A stretch of DNA of 64,000 bases from Lachnospiraceae bacterium. Its GTDB lineage: Bacteria > Bacillota > Clostridia > Lachnospirales > Lachnospiraceae. How positions within the stretch are numbered: the stretch's first letter is position 1; each line of letters begins with the position of its first letter. The stretch spans positions 1,725 to 65,724 of the forward strand of contig JAGADU010000078.1 in the NCBI GenBank assembly GCA_017613435.1, read 5' to 3'. Shown here piece by piece: positions 46,574-57,375 of this stretch. Made by a program: the position numbers and the translations under genes. A model generated the notes under the pieces. That model made no database searches. It was not told the origin of the DNA and was given only the letters and a program-made list of their open reading frames with translations.

Positions 46574-48058
46574 ATGTCTCCCTATCAAAAATATACTAAA
46601 ATATTTGCATATGTTTCTTTATCAGCCCTCATCTTAAGTCTGATACCGCTTATGGTTCTGGGTTTTTTCGCTCATCCTTTGGGCGATGATTTCCATTACG
46701 GATATCATGCCGCAAAAGCAATCAGGGAAAGCGGAAACATCCTTATGGCGATTCCCGAAGCCATAAAGGGAACCTTTCATGAATATAATGTATGGCAGGG
46801 AACTTATTCCGCCATTTTCCTGATGTATCTTCCGCCCCATCTTTTGGGTGAATTTTTTTACAAACTCTATCCCTCAATCCTTCTTTTGTTCTTTACGGTC
46901 GGGATTTTTTATATGCTTTATCCCATTGTCAAACATAACGAAAAAATATCCCTCCACGCATGGGTCGGAATTTCAAGCATTCTTGTTCTTTTATGCATAA
47001 CTCAGGTTCCGGCATGCGGCGAAACGTTTTATTGGTATAACGGATCGGTTTATTATACGGGATTTTTGTCCGTTACGTTTTTCTTTTTCGGACTTCTTTT
47101 CAGATTTTTAAAAGACAAAAAAACTTACAGGATTGTGCTTCTTTGCATTTTATCCTTATTCATCGCGGGCGGAAATTACGCATCCCTCCTTCCCTCGGTT
47201 TTAACGGTATCTTTTATCCTTTTTATTTCGATTTTAAAAAAGAGGGAGAAGAAAATAACAATTTCGCTTATCGTAATTCTTCTTTTGCTTTTAACGGGTT
47301 TGGCCGTAAGCATACTTGCGCCCGGCAATTCCGTAAGGGCAGCCACGACATCCGGTACGACTCCGATAAAAGCCGTCGCAAAATCGGTTATCCAATGTAT
47401 TCATTTCACGCTTTATTGGAACGGAATAGCATCTTTTGTCTCACTCTTTCTTGTTACACCGATATTCATAAACGTCATTTCGAATTCGGATAAAAAGATT
47501 AAATTACCGATTCCTCTTTGCATACTTTTCTTTTTGATTTATTCGTCATGCGAAACCGCTTCTTTTTACGGACAAAACAACGGCGGTCCCGCAAGACTTT
47601 TCGATATAAGTTTTTATATGACAATCATTGTCGTATTTATAATTTATTATCTTTTGCTCTATGCGATTGCACCTCTTTTTGAAGCAAAAAAAGAAAAGAA
47701 GAATCACGATAATTCTTCTTTTCTTACCATAGCTTTATGTTTTCTCGGATTGATATTCGTTTTGCTTCTTATAGTCAGACCCTTAAAGGAATCAACGATA
47801 ATTCCGAATCAAATCAGGGCTTCGATCTGCTTATTTAACGGCGAAGCTTCGGATTACAATTCGCAATATCTTAAACGTATGGATACCGTTTCGGCAAATA
47901 AGGGAGCGGATGTTGTCTTTGAGCCTTACGAGGTACCCAAACGCCTTGAAATCTTCCTTCATCTGGGCGATTTGTCCGATGATCCGAACGATTTTAACAA
48001 CGAAGCGTTTGCCGAATTCTACGGTTTAAACAGCGTTAAAATCAATTCCCCCGATTAA
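46574..48058 (+). CDS. Polytopic membrane protein (possible GT-C / cell-surface glycan modification)
   Basis: HPLGDDFHY, WQGTYS, FYWYNGSVYY, APGN.VR; GAGG RBS. Confidence 0.65.
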   Translation: MSPYQKYTKIFAYVSLSALILSLIPLMVLGFFAHPLGDDFHYGYHAAKAIRESGNILMAIPEAIKGTFHEYNVWQGTYSAIFLMYLPPHLLGEFFYKLYPSILLLFFTVGIFYMLYPIVKHNEKISLHAWVGISSILVLLCITQVPACGETFYWYNGSVYYTGFLSVTFFFFGLLFRFLKDKKTYRIVLLCILSLFIAGGNYASLLPSVLTVSFILFISILKKREKKITISLIVILLLLLTGLAVSILAPGNSVRAATTSGTTPIKAVAKSVIQCIHFTLYWNGIASFVSLFLVTPIFINVISNSDKKIKLPIPLCILFFLIYSSCETASFYGQNNGGPARLFDISFYMTIIVVFIIYYLLLYAIAPLFEAKKEKKNHDNSSFLTIALCFLGLIFVLLLIVRPLKESTIIPNQIRASICLFNGEASDYNSQYLKRMDTVSANKGADVVFEPYEVPKRLEIFLHLGDLSDDPNDFNNEAFAEFYGLNSVKINSPD

Positions 48059-49716
48059 ACGTTAAAACACGATCCGCCCACGAATTCTCTTACTATGGAG
48101 TTCTTGGGTAAATTTGTCGTGTCCATGCAAAGGAAATATTCGAGCAGTTTGAGAAGTCTCTTTGCTTCGAAATATTCGGGGTCATCCTGCGTAACCTGAT
48201 AAAGGATGGGCTCTGCAATCGCTTTGAGCGCCGCTATTTCATAAATCTGTGCGGAATTGAACATTGCGTCCGCCGTTTCCTGGAACGGGAAAATATTCTC
48301 CTCTTCGCCCCTTCTTACCGAAGGCCACATTCCGATTGTTTTCTTTGCGGAAGCGCCCCTGGTTCTGAAATCCCTTACCATTCTTCTTATCAGTCTCGCA
48401 TCCGTTGTGGGAATGCAGTTATGCTCGTCGATATTAAGTGTCGTAAGAGCGGAAATATAAATCTTGTATTTGCTTTCCACGGGAAGCGTCTCGCTCATTT
48501 TGTCGTTTAAGGCATGAATACCCTCGATTACGAGTACGTCTTCGGGACCGAGCTGCTTATAATTGCCCTTGTATTCTCTTGCGCCGATTTTGAAATTGAA
48601 GGTCGGAATCTCAACTCTTTCTCCCGCAAGAAGTCTGTTCATATCGTTATTGAAAAGTTTGACGTCAATCGCTTCAAGGCATTCGAAATTGTAATTGCCG
48701 TCCTCATCCAAAGGAGTGTCTGCCCTGTTGACGAAATAATCGTCAACCGCAATGGGATGGGGCTTAAGTCCGAGGGTTCTGAGCTGCACGGAGAGTCTGT
48801 GCGAAAAGCTGGTCTTACCCGATGATGAAGGTCCCGCTATCATGATGAATTTAACGCCTTTTCTCGATGCGATATCCTTTGCGATATCTCCGATTCTTCT
48901 CTCCTGCAAAGCTTCCTGAACAAGAACCATGTCGTCAATGTCGCCCGAGCAAATGCAGTCGTTCAAATCTCCGACGGTATCGATTCCGAGCATATCGCCC
49001 CATTCGGTGGCCGTCATCATGGTATCGAAAACTTTTTCAAGAGGAACGAATTCTTCCAAAACATCGGGAGTTTTTCTTCTGGGCATGTTTAAAATAAGTC
49101 CGTCCCTGAAAGGAAGCACTTCGAAATATTTGACATATCCGCAGTTGGGAAGCATGTATCCGTAATAATAATCGATATATCCGTCAAGATCGTAAAGATT
49201 GATGACGGAGCTCTTTCTGTATTTGCAAAGTTTGAGTTTGTCTTCCATTCCCTGCATCGCAAAAATCTCTTTGGCTTCTTCGAGCGGCCTGGATTTTTTG
49301 ATAATGGGAATGCAATTGTCGGACATTTCCTTCATTCTCTCCTGAATCTTTTTCGCAAGTTCGACAGAATTCGAGAATTTTCCCATGCAGGAGAAATAAT
49401 ATCCGGTATTAACCGAAAATTCCAATTTGATTTTTCTTATATTGTCTTCGCCGATTATGTCATTGCAGGCTTTCATAAACATAATCGTTGCGGTTCTCTT
49501 GTAAGCCCTGTGCCCCGTACCGCTTTTGAAATCAAGGAATTCAAGAGTACCGTCGCACTCGGGAGTTTTTGATAATTCCCTCATCTTCCCGTTGAATACG
49601 GCAATCGCTATTTCGCTTGAATATTTGTCCTTAAATTCGTTTGCGATAACCTCAAAAGTCGTACCTTCCTGATATTCTTTCGTAACATCACCGATTTGAA
49701 TTTTTAAACTGTTCAT
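48055..49716 (-). CDS. Nucleoside (uridine) kinase with ThrRS-like N-terminal domain
   Basis: AGPSSSGKT, VDDYFVNR, IEGIHALN, RRMVRD. Confidence 0.85.
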   Translation of the reverse strand: MNSLKIQIGDVTKEYQEGTTFEVIANEFKDKYSSEIAIAVFNGKMRELSKTPECDGTLEFLDFKSGTGHRAYKRTATIMFMKACNDIIGEDNIRKIKLEFSVNTGYYFSCMGKFSNSVELAKKIQERMKEMSDNCIPIIKKSRPLEEAKEIFAMQGMEDKLKLCKYRKSSVINLYDLDGYIDYYYGYMLPNCGYVKYFEVLPFRDGLILNMPRRKTPDVLEEFVPLEKVFDTMMTATEWGDMLGIDTVGDLNDCICSGDIDDMVLVQEALQERRIGDIAKDIASRKGVKFIMIAGPSSSGKTSFSHRLSVQLRTLGLKPHPIAVDDYFVNRADTPLDEDGNYNFECLEAIDVKLFNNDMNRLLAGERVEIPTFNFKIGAREYKGNYKQLGPEDVLVIEGIHALNDKMSETLPVESKYKIYISALTTLNIDEHNCIPTTDARLIRRMVRDFRTRGASAKKTIGMWPSVRRGEEENIFPFQETADAMFNSAQIYEIAALKAIAEPILYQVTQDDPEYFEAKRLLKLLEYFLCMDTTNLPKNSIVREFVGGSCFNV

Positions 49717-49737
49717 AACAATTTCCCCCAATGTTTT

Positions 49738-51105
49738 TTATATTTTCAAATCTTTAATATTGTCAATAAATACTAAATCCATACCCTTCGCATCCCTGAT
49801 GCTCTTTTTGCAGGATAGCGGAAGGATTATTTTTTTGAATCCGAGCTTGGCTGCTTCGTTGATCCTTGCTTCGGTCTGCGCCACGGTCCTTATTTCGCCC
49901 GAAAGTCCGACTTCGCCGAATACCGCGGTATCTTCCTTAATCGGTTTGTTGTGAAAACTCGAAAGAATTGCGGCAACAAGTCCCAAATCTATCGCGGGCT
50001 CCGATACTTTGATTCCTCCCGCAACATTTATGTAGGCGTCGCAGTTTCCGAGAGGTATTCCCAATTTCTTTTCCAAAACGGCAAGAAGGAGCACTACCCT
50101 GTTATTGTCAACGCCGTCCGACTGGCGTCTTGGAATTCCGAAATTCGTAGGTGTTATAAGCGCCTGTATTTCTATGAAAATCGGTCTCGTGCCTTCCATC
50201 GAGCAGGATACGACGCTTCCCGATGTATTCTCGGGTCTTCCGTCCAAAAGAAGTTCGGAAGGATTGCCGACTTCGACAAGACCCTGATTTCTCATTTCGA
50301 AAACACCGATTTCGTTGGTCGAACCGAATCTGTTTTTAACGCCTCTTAATATTCTGTATGTCGCATGTCTGTCGCCTTCGAAATAAAGCACGGTATCCAC
50401 CATATGCTCCAATAATTTCGGACCTGCGACATTTCCGTCCTTTGTGACGTGTCCGACGATAAAAATGCTGACTCCCATGCCCTTTGCGATCTTCATCAAA
50501 ACTCCGGTTGCTTCACGAACCTGAGCCACGCTTCCGGGAGCACTTGCCACATCCTCGAGATACATTGTCTGAATGGAATCTATCACGACGACATCGGGCT
50601 TTTCTTTTTCGATTACTTCTTTTATATCGTCAAGACATGTTTCGCAATAAAGCTTTACATTGTCTTTGAATTCACCGATTCTGTCGGCGCGAAGTTTAAT
50701 CTGGGCGTGTGATTCCTCGCCCGATATATACAATATTTCTTTTCCTGATTCTCCGAGAGATTTGCAGACTTGCAAAAGAAGCGTTGATTTTCCGATTCCG
50801 GGATCACCGCCTATGAGAGTTAAAGAGCCCCAAACGATACCACCGCCCAGGACTCTGTCAAGTTCACCGATATTTGTTTTTATCTTGTCTTCTTTTTTGA
50901 TTTCGACCTTGGATACAGGGATTATGACCGAATTGTCAATCCCGTTTCTTTTTGCAAAAGAAGAATCCTTTGAGTTTGATTTTGAATCCAAACCTTCCCT
51001 GAATGTGTTCCAAGCCTTGCATCCCGGGCACTGGCCCATCCATTTGGGGCTTTCGTAACCGCATTCGGTACAAAAGAAAACAGTCTTAACTTTATCTTTC
51101 GACAT
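49738..51105 (-). CDS. radA: DNA repair protein RadA/Sms
   Basis: CTECG..CPGC zinc finger, GDPGIGKST, KNRFG. Confidence 0.96.
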   Translation of the reverse strand: MSKDKVKTVFFCTECGYESPKWMGQCPGCKAWNTFREGLDSKSNSKDSSFAKRNGIDNSVIIPVSKVEIKKEDKIKTNIGELDRVLGGGIVWGSLTLIGGDPGIGKSTLLLQVCKSLGESGKEILYISGEESHAQIKLRADRIGEFKDNVKLYCETCLDDIKEVIEKEKPDVVVIDSIQTMYLEDVASAPGSVAQVREATGVLMKIAKGMGVSIFIVGHVTKDGNVAGPKLLEHMVDTVLYFEGDRHATYRILRGVKNRFGSTNEIGVFEMRNQGLVEVGNPSELLLDGRPENTSGSVVSCSMEGTRPIFIEIQALITPTNFGIPRRQSDGVDNNRVVLLLAVLEKKLGIPLGNCDAYINVAGGIKVSEPAIDLGLVAAILSSFHNKPIKEDTAVFGEVGLSGEIRTVAQTEARINEAAKLGFKKIILPLSCKKSIRDAKGMDLVFIDNIKDLKI

Positions 51106-51112
51106 ATTCCCT

Positions 51113-51511
51113 CTATTTAACTATTTTAACGTCTTTGGCTTCTCCTTTTTGAAGTTCAACGCTAAAACTTACTTTTCCGGATCCGTTGGACTTAATTTTG
51201 CCGATTGATTTTCCGTCGATGGTGATATCGTATTCGGTATTCTCTTCAAGGCCCACGGTTATCTGTGAATCCTTGTCCGATTCAACTTTAAAAAACATAC
51301 CTTTATCGTTTTCTTCAAATTCCGTAACATTCGTTCCGGGAACGGATTCGAAAAGGAACAGACCGTTTTTCTCAAGTTTGGTCATGGTGTTGTACGTTTT
51401 GATCTTGTACAGATCTCCGCAATGAGGAAAATCTTCTTTCTTCTGTTTCTCGGAAAGTTCGTAATTTCCGAAAGAAAGTTTCCCGTTTTCCAAAGTAGTA
51501 ATGATATCCAT
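51113..51511 (-). CDS. Conserved hypothetical protein
   Basis: 132-aa ORF co-oriented between clpC and radA; LSFGNYEL, GDLYKIKT, FESVPGT. Confidence 0.75.
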   Translation of the reverse strand: MDIITTLENGKLSFGNYELSEKQKKEDFPHCGDLYKIKTYNTMTKLEKNGLFLFESVPGTNVTEFEENDKGMFFKVESDKDSQITVGLEENTEYDITIDGKSIGKIKSNGSGKVSFSVELQKGEAKDVKIVK

Positions 51512-51581
51512 TTAGGTTACCCCCATGTTAAATTTCCACACTTTTATTATAACTTAATTCGAGTTTAAGTTCCATAAAATT

Positions 51582-54035
51582 TTAGTTAAAATTTACCTTT
51601 CCTTTGTTGAAGGAAACCTTAACCGAATCACCTTCGTTTATGTCTCCCGAAAGGATCTTCGTCGCAAGCAAATCTTCGATTTCACACATGATTCCGCGCT
51701 TTAAGGGTCTTGCTCCCATCAAAGGATTGGAATACTTCTCGACAATGTGAAGTTTGAGTGCGTTCGTGAATTTCAAATCGACGTTCATCTGATCTTTGGC
51801 ACGCTTCGAAAGATTCGAAAGAAGAAGGGACGTGATTTCTTCGAGTTCTTTTTGGTCAAGCTTGTGGAATACGATAAAATCGTCGATTCTGTTGATAAAT
51901 TCGGGCTTGAAAAGCTGTTTGACCTCTTCCATGACATTGCTCTTCATGGTCTCGTAACTCTTTTCCTTGGTTTCTTTGGCACCAAAGCCGAGATTCTTGG
52001 GTTCGGTTATTCTTTTTGCGCCGACATTGCTTGTCATAATGATTATCGTGTTTTTGAAATTGATCTTTCTTCCCTGGGAATCGGTAACCTGTCCGTCGTC
52101 AAGGATTTGCAAAAGCACGTTAAAAACATCCGGATGGGCTTTTTCGATTTCGTCGAAAAGCACAACGGAATAGGGATTCTTTCTTACTCTTTCGGATAAC
52201 TGACCTCCGTCATCAAATCCGACATATCCGGGCGGCGAACCGAGAATCTTTGATACCGAATGGGCTTCCATGTATTCGGACATGTCAACTCTTATAAGAG
52301 CGTCTTCCGAGCCGAATACCGCCTCGGCCAATGCCTTCGACAATTCCGTTTTGCCGACACCCGTAGGTCCTAAAAATACAAAGCTTCCTATGGGACGTTT
52401 CGGGTCCGAAAGGCCGATACGTCCTCTTCTTATAGCCTTGCTTACGGCTTCCACGGCCTCTTTCTGGCCCACGATTCTTTTATGAAGATTCTTTTCGAGA
52501 CCTATGAGTCTCTCCGATTCTTTCTTTGAAAGTTCCGAAACGGGAACCTTGCTCCATCTTGAAATTACGGCTTCGACCTGAGCGGTTGTTACCGTTTTTT
52601 CCTTACTCTTGTTTTTCCTTCTCTCCGACGCTTCTGCCTTTCTTAAAGCTTCGAAATATGCGTCCTGCTCGCTCTTTGCTTCGCCGGCTTTTTCGAATTC
52701 GCCCTTTTCGATGCTTTCCTTCATGGTTTTGTCGCATTCGGATATTTTTTCGCGTATGGTTCTGATTTTGTCCGAAGGTTTGTAACCGTCAAGCGCGATA
52801 AGCGCAGCAGCCTCATCCATGACGTCAATAGCTTTGTCGGGAAGATTTCTGTCGGTAATATATCTGTCGGATAAATTGACGCAGGCCTCAATCGCAGCGT
52901 CTTCGTAAATCACATTATGGTGTTCTTCGTATTTGCTTTTTATTCCGTAAAGAATTTTAAGAGTGTCTTCCTTGGAAGGCTGAGAAACGGCTATGGGCTG
53001 GAATCTTCTCTCGAGCGCAGCGTCTTTTTCGAAATATTTTCTGAATTCCTCTTCGGTTGTGGCACCGATTAACTGAATTTCGCCTCTCGATAATGCGGGT
53101 TTTAAAATATTGGATGCATCAAGTGTTCCTTTTGCTCCGCCCGCGCCGATAAGAGTATGTATTTCATCCATAAAAAGAACGATGTTGCCGTCATCGGTAA
53201 CTTCCTCTATTACGGCTTTAAGCCTTTTTTCGAATTCACCCCTGTACTGTGTGCCCGCTACAAGCGAAGACATGTCAAGAGAGAGAATTCTTTTGTCCTT
53301 TATGATTTCGGGAACGCTTCCGTCTGCTATTCTTTGAGCAAGTCCTTCGACGATTGCCGTTTTGCCGACACCCGGCTGGCCCACCAGGCAGGGATTGTTT
53401 TTGCTTCTTCTCGCAAGCACCTGAACGATACGCATGATTTCGTCATCGCGTCCTATAACGGGATCGAGTTCACCCATCGAAGCCATTTCCGTAATGTCTT
53501 TAGTATAATCCTCAAGGCTGAATTTGGAATTTCCCTCACCCATCGAAGCCTCGTCGGCTCTTACGAATTCCTCGGGAAAATCACCTTCGTCTTCATAACC
53601 GAAATTGGCTACTATTTCATCTGCGATTTTGCCTATGGGAGTATTGCTGTCTTTCAAAAGATAAGTAAGCAGATTGTATGCCAGGCATTTTTCTTCGGTA
53701 ACGATTGCATAAAGAATATGCTCGGTTCCGACCATGGCCGAACCGGTTTCCTCTGCGGTTCTTTGCGCGATATCGAGTATTCTTTTAACCTGGGGTGTAT
53801 GTTCGAGTTTGCCTTTTACGCTTACTTTTCTTAAAGATTCGCTTCTCGTCTCAAAGCTTTTCTTTACATCCGCACTCGTAATATTGTGGCTTAAAAGAAT
53901 ACTTCCGGCCAAAGAATTCTCGCATTTTGCGAGACCGTACAAAAGATGCTGGGTATCAAGTGCGCTTGCTCCCAGACTTTTGCCTATCTGATTGGCATAT
54001 TTAAGTACCTGTTTGCTTTGTTCGTTTAATTCCAT
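51582..54035 (-). CDS. clpC: ATP-dependent Clp protease ATP-binding subunit ClpC
   Basis: Clp N repeats, GQPGVGKT, GPTGVGKT, GSPPGYVG, GARPL. Confidence 0.93.
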   Translation of the reverse strand: MELNEQSKQVLKYANQIGKSLGASALDTQHLLYGLAKCENSLAGSILLSHNITSADVKKSFETRSESLRKVSVKGKLEHTPQVKRILDIAQRTAEETGSAMVGTEHILYAIVTEEKCLAYNLLTYLLKDSNTPIGKIADEIVANFGYEDEGDFPEEFVRADEASMGEGNSKFSLEDYTKDITEMASMGELDPVIGRDDEIMRIVQVLARRSKNNPCLVGQPGVGKTAIVEGLAQRIADGSVPEIIKDKRILSLDMSSLVAGTQYRGEFEKRLKAVIEEVTDDGNIVLFMDEIHTLIGAGGAKGTLDASNILKPALSRGEIQLIGATTEEEFRKYFEKDAALERRFQPIAVSQPSKEDTLKILYGIKSKYEEHHNVIYEDAAIEACVNLSDRYITDRNLPDKAIDVMDEAAALIALDGYKPSDKIRTIREKISECDKTMKESIEKGEFEKAGEAKSEQDAYFEALRKAEASERRKNKSKEKTVTTAQVEAVISRWSKVPVSELSKKESERLIGLEKNLHKRIVGQKEAVEAVSKAIRRGRIGLSDPKRPIGSFVFLGPTGVGKTELSKALAEAVFGSEDALIRVDMSEYMEAHSVSKILGSPPGYVGFDDGGQLSERVRKNPYSVVLFDEIEKAHPDVFNVLLQILDDGQVTDSQGRKINFKNTIIIMTSNVGAKRITEPKNLGFGAKETKEKSYETMKSNVMEEVKQLFKPEFINRIDDFIVFHKLDQKELEEITSLLLSNLSKRAKDQMNVDLKFTNALKLHIVEKYSNPLMGARPLKRGIMCEIEDLLATKILSGDINEGDSVKVSFNKGKVNFN

Positions 54036-54054
54036 AAGTAATTCCCTTATAACA

Positions 54055-54082
54055 AAGCCCCTGTTATTTCTAACAGAGGCTT
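54055..54082 (-). terminator. Putative terminator
   Basis: AAGCCCCTGTTA...TAACAGAGGCTT hairpin after SH3 gene. Confidence 0.5.
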
Positions 54083-54088
54083 AAAATT

Positions 54089-55435
54089 TTAGATGTCAAT
54101 AAAATCTATATCATCATCGTCATCTTCGTCAACGTCATCGTAATATTCGTCGTCGACACCGTCGTCATCAACCTCGGTTGTAAAGTAATTTAAGAACTTA
54201 TCCTTGGCTCTGGACGCTTTGCTTTGTATCGGTTCTCTATCCGAGTTTCGCGAACTTCTCGATTCGCTTGTTCTTCTTCTAGAATTCTCGATTGAGGATA
54301 CGGGAATTTCATCCTCGTCGTCCTCTTCGTCATCCTCGTCGTCGTAATCGTCGTAATCGTAGTCGTCATCGTTTTCAACGCCTCTGGAAAGCTTGAGCGC
54401 CATAAAGAATACAACGCCGAGAAGAAGAATAATTAATATGATTAAAACAACAAGGATTACCTTGATGTTGATACCGAAAATCTTGGCATCCGAACTCTTT
54501 TGTTTGCCGCCGTCCAACAGACCTTCATACGAAATATAGGTATCCGTCTTCTGATCGAAAATATACCATCCGGTATTATCCTTTTCGTTTACGCCGTAAA
54601 GGATTGTATAATCACCTTTGTTCCATACTTTAACGCCCGCATCCTCAAGTGTTTTTTCCTTAAAACCTTCGGGAAGATTCTTGGGCTCTTCAACGGGCTC
54701 GAGGGGATCGATTTTTTTCTTGGTCTCTTTTACGGGTTCGGGTTCGGATTCATCTGGCAAAACATCGGTTTCATCCTGATTTGCATCGACATCCGTATTC
54801 TGAGTATCATCGGGTTTGTCGGTGTTTGGTGTGGTCGAATCGATATTTGTCTCGGCGGGAGTATTGGTGGGTTTTGTAAAAGTAAGAAGATCGCTTCTTA
54901 TAAAACCTGTCTTTGTTGCTCCGTCTGCGACAAAAGATACCTTATACCATTTGTAGCCGTCGGAAGCGGTTGCTTCTCCCGTAACGGTAACTTCAGTATT
55001 CTTTTGAGCTCTTGCAACCAAATCCGAAGTAGCCGAAGCCTGGGAACGGATATTTACCGTATCGCCCGCGATATAAGCGGCTTTGGCATCGATATTCGTA
55101 ACATTTGTAGTGGTAGTCGTGGTTGTTGTATTTCCGCTTGATTTTGTAATCAAATCGCTTCTTACATAACCCGTAGTGCCTGTGGCAGTGGTAACTTTAT
55201 ACCATGTTTCGCTACCGTTTTTCTTCTCTTCGAGAATGGTAACCTTGTCTCCGGAATTGACTTTTCCGAGAGAAGTACTTGTTTGATTTGCATCGGAACG
55301 GATATTTACGTTATTGTCGTTTACCGTACCGGGTACATCGGCTTTTGCGATGATCGGAAATATAAATATACATGAAATCAAAACCGCTAAAGCAGATGCA
55401 GCTTTAATACAAAATTTCTTATTGATTAATTTCAT
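54089..55435 (-). CDS. Membrane-anchored protein with two SH3b domains and acidic cytoplasmic tail
   Basis: Signal peptide; VNIRS..WYKV..GYVRSDL twice; TM; D/E-rich C-terminus. Confidence 0.82.
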   Translation of the reverse strand: MKLINKKFCIKAASALAVLISCIFIFPIIAKADVPGTVNDNNVNIRSDANQTSTSLGKVNSGDKVTILEEKKNGSETWYKVTTATGTTGYVRSDLITKSSGNTTTTTTTTNVTNIDAKAAYIAGDTVNIRSQASATSDLVARAQKNTEVTVTGEATASDGYKWYKVSFVADGATKTGFIRSDLLTFTKPTNTPAETNIDSTTPNTDKPDDTQNTDVDANQDETDVLPDESEPEPVKETKKKIDPLEPVEEPKNLPEGFKEKTLEDAGVKVWNKGDYTILYGVNEKDNTGWYIFDQKTDTYISYEGLLDGGKQKSSDAKIFGINIKVILVVLIILIILLLGVVFFMALKLSRGVENDDDYDYDDYDDEDDEEDDEDEIPVSSIENSRRRTSESRSSRNSDREPIQSKASRAKDKFLNYFTTEVDDDGVDDEYYDDVDEDDDDDIDFIDI

Positions 55436-55507
55436 TTTGTCACCTCTTGAATGTATCTACACAACTATAAAATATACCTTTTTTTGACAAATACGTCAAG
55501 TCGCGCA

Positions 55508-56779
55508 CTACGCCTCGTCTATCGCTTTTCCTATGTCGTGACGCATGTATTTGTTGTCAAAATCAACCCATTCGGTTGCCTCGTAAGCCTTCTTTCTGGC
55601 TTCGACGAGATTGCTTCCGAGAGCGGTGATACCGAGTACTCTTCCTCCGTTTGTAACGACTTTTCCGTCAACCTTCTTGCTGCCCGCATGGAAGCAGAAA
55701 TAATCGTCCTTACCGTTGAAATTCTCAAGTCCTCTGATTTCCTTTCCTTTTTCGTAGGAAACGGGATAACCGTCGCTTGCGAGAATTACGCATACGGCCG
55801 CATTGTCTTCGAATTCGAGTTCTATTCTGTCAAGATGTCCTTCGATGCATGCTTCGAAAACATCCACAATATCATTCTTCATTCTGGGAATGACAACCTG
55901 TGCTTCGGGATCTCCGAATCTTGCATTGTATTCAAGAACCCTGGGTCCTTCGGAGGTCAACATAAGTCCGAAGAAAATGATTCCCTTGAATTCTCTTCCT
56001 TCTGCTCTCATGGCATCAACGGTTGCCTGATAAATGTATTTTTTGCAGAAATCATCCACTCTCTCGGTATAAAAAGGTGAAGGTGAAAAAGTACCCATAC
56101 CGCCGGTATTGAGTCCTTCGTCATTATCTTTCGCTCTTTTGTGATCCTGAGCGGATGTCATGATCTTGATTGTTTTTCCGTCGGTATACGAAAGAACGCT
56201 GACTTCCCTGCCGGTCATGAATTCCTCGATAACCATTTTGTTGCCTGCTGCACCGAATTTCTTGTCATCCATGATTTCATGAATTCCTTCTACAGCCTCA
56301 TCGTAATCTTTGCAGATCAATACGCCTTTTCCGAGTGCAAGACCGTCCGCTTTCAATACGACGGGGAATTTGCATTTGTCAAGGAATTCGATTGCAAGCG
56401 AAGAATCTTCGAAAACTTCGTATTTTGCGGTCGGAATGTTGTATTTTTTCATCAAATCCTTGGAAAAAGCTTTGCTTCCTTCAAGAATTGCGGCTTTTTT
56501 ATTGGGTCCGAACACTTTAAGACCTGCAGTCTCAAGTACATCCACAATACCTGCAACCAGGGGATCGTCAGGTCCGATAACAACCATATCCACCTGCTTT
56601 TCCAATGCAAACATGGCTATCTTGTCAAATTCAAAAACTCCGATGGGAGCACATTCCGCAAGCTCTTCGATTCCCGCGTTTCCCGGAACGCAATACAATT
56701 TGTCAACTCTTTTGCTCTTAGCCAATGCGGATACTATGGCATGTTCTCTTCCGCCGCCTCCGACTACCAAAATTTTCAT
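55508..56779 (-). CDS. purD: Phosphoribosylamine--glycine ligase
   Basis: GGGGREHA, KADGLALGKGV, NTGGMG, EYNARFGDPE. Confidence 0.96.
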   Translation of the reverse strand: MKILVVGGGGREHAIVSALAKSKRVDKLYCVPGNAGIEELAECAPIGVFEFDKIAMFALEKQVDMVVIGPDDPLVAGIVDVLETAGLKVFGPNKKAAILEGSKAFSKDLMKKYNIPTAKYEVFEDSSLAIEFLDKCKFPVVLKADGLALGKGVLICKDYDEAVEGIHEIMDDKKFGAAGNKMVIEEFMTGREVSVLSYTDGKTIKIMTSAQDHKRAKDNDEGLNTGGMGTFSPSPFYTERVDDFCKKYIYQATVDAMRAEGREFKGIIFFGLMLTSEGPRVLEYNARFGDPEAQVVIPRMKNDIVDVFEACIEGHLDRIELEFEDNAAVCVILASDGYPVSYEKGKEIRGLENFNGKDDYFCFHAGSKKVDGKVVTNGGRVLGITALGSNLVEARKKAYEATEWVDFDNKYMRHDIGKAIDEA

Positions 56780-57375
56780 TTCTTCTCGGTCTCCTTTGCA
56801 ATCAATCCAATACTTTCGGGTAAAATAATCCATTCGGCCTGCTCCATAACCCTTCTTTGAAGAATTTCCGGAGTATCGCCTTCTTTAACTTCCACGGCTT
56901 TTTGCATTATTATGGGGCCGGTGTCGGTTCCTTCATCGACATAATGAACCGTGGCTCCCGTAATCTTTACGCCTCTTTGCAAAGCGGCTTCGTGAACTTT
57001 GAGTCCGTAGTAGCCGGTTCCGCAAAAAGAAGGAATAAGCGATGGATGAATATTGATGATTCGTCCTCTGTAAGCTTCTATGACATTTTTCGGAATTACA
57101 ACCAAAAAGCCGGCCAAAACCACCAAATCGGGTTTTGCTTCGTTTAACGAATCAAGCAAAGCCGAATTGAATTCGTCCCTGGTTGAAAAGCTCTTCGGTG
57201 AAACGCAAACGGCATCTATACCTTCATTTCGGGCTCTCTCAAGCGCATAAGCGTTCGGATTGTTTGAAATCACGCGTACAATTTCGACATTTTCGAGTCT
57301 GCCTGATTTGATTGAATCGATGATTGCCTGAAGGTTGGTGCCTCCGCCCGATACACAGACAGCAATTTTTAACAT
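56776..57375 (-). CDS. purN: Phosphoribosylglycinamide formyltransferase
   Basis: [24 protein letters not shown]. Confidence 0.96.
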   Translation of the reverse strand: MLKIAVCVSGGGTNLQAIIDSIKSGRLENVEIVRVISNNPNAYALERARNEGIDAVCVSPKSFSTRDEFNSALLDSLNEAKPDLVVLAGFLVVIPKNVIEAYRGRIINIHPSLIPSFCGTGYYGLKVHEAALQRGVKITGATVHYVDEGTDTGPIIMQKAVEVKEGDTPEILQRRVMEQAEWIILPESIGLIAKETEKK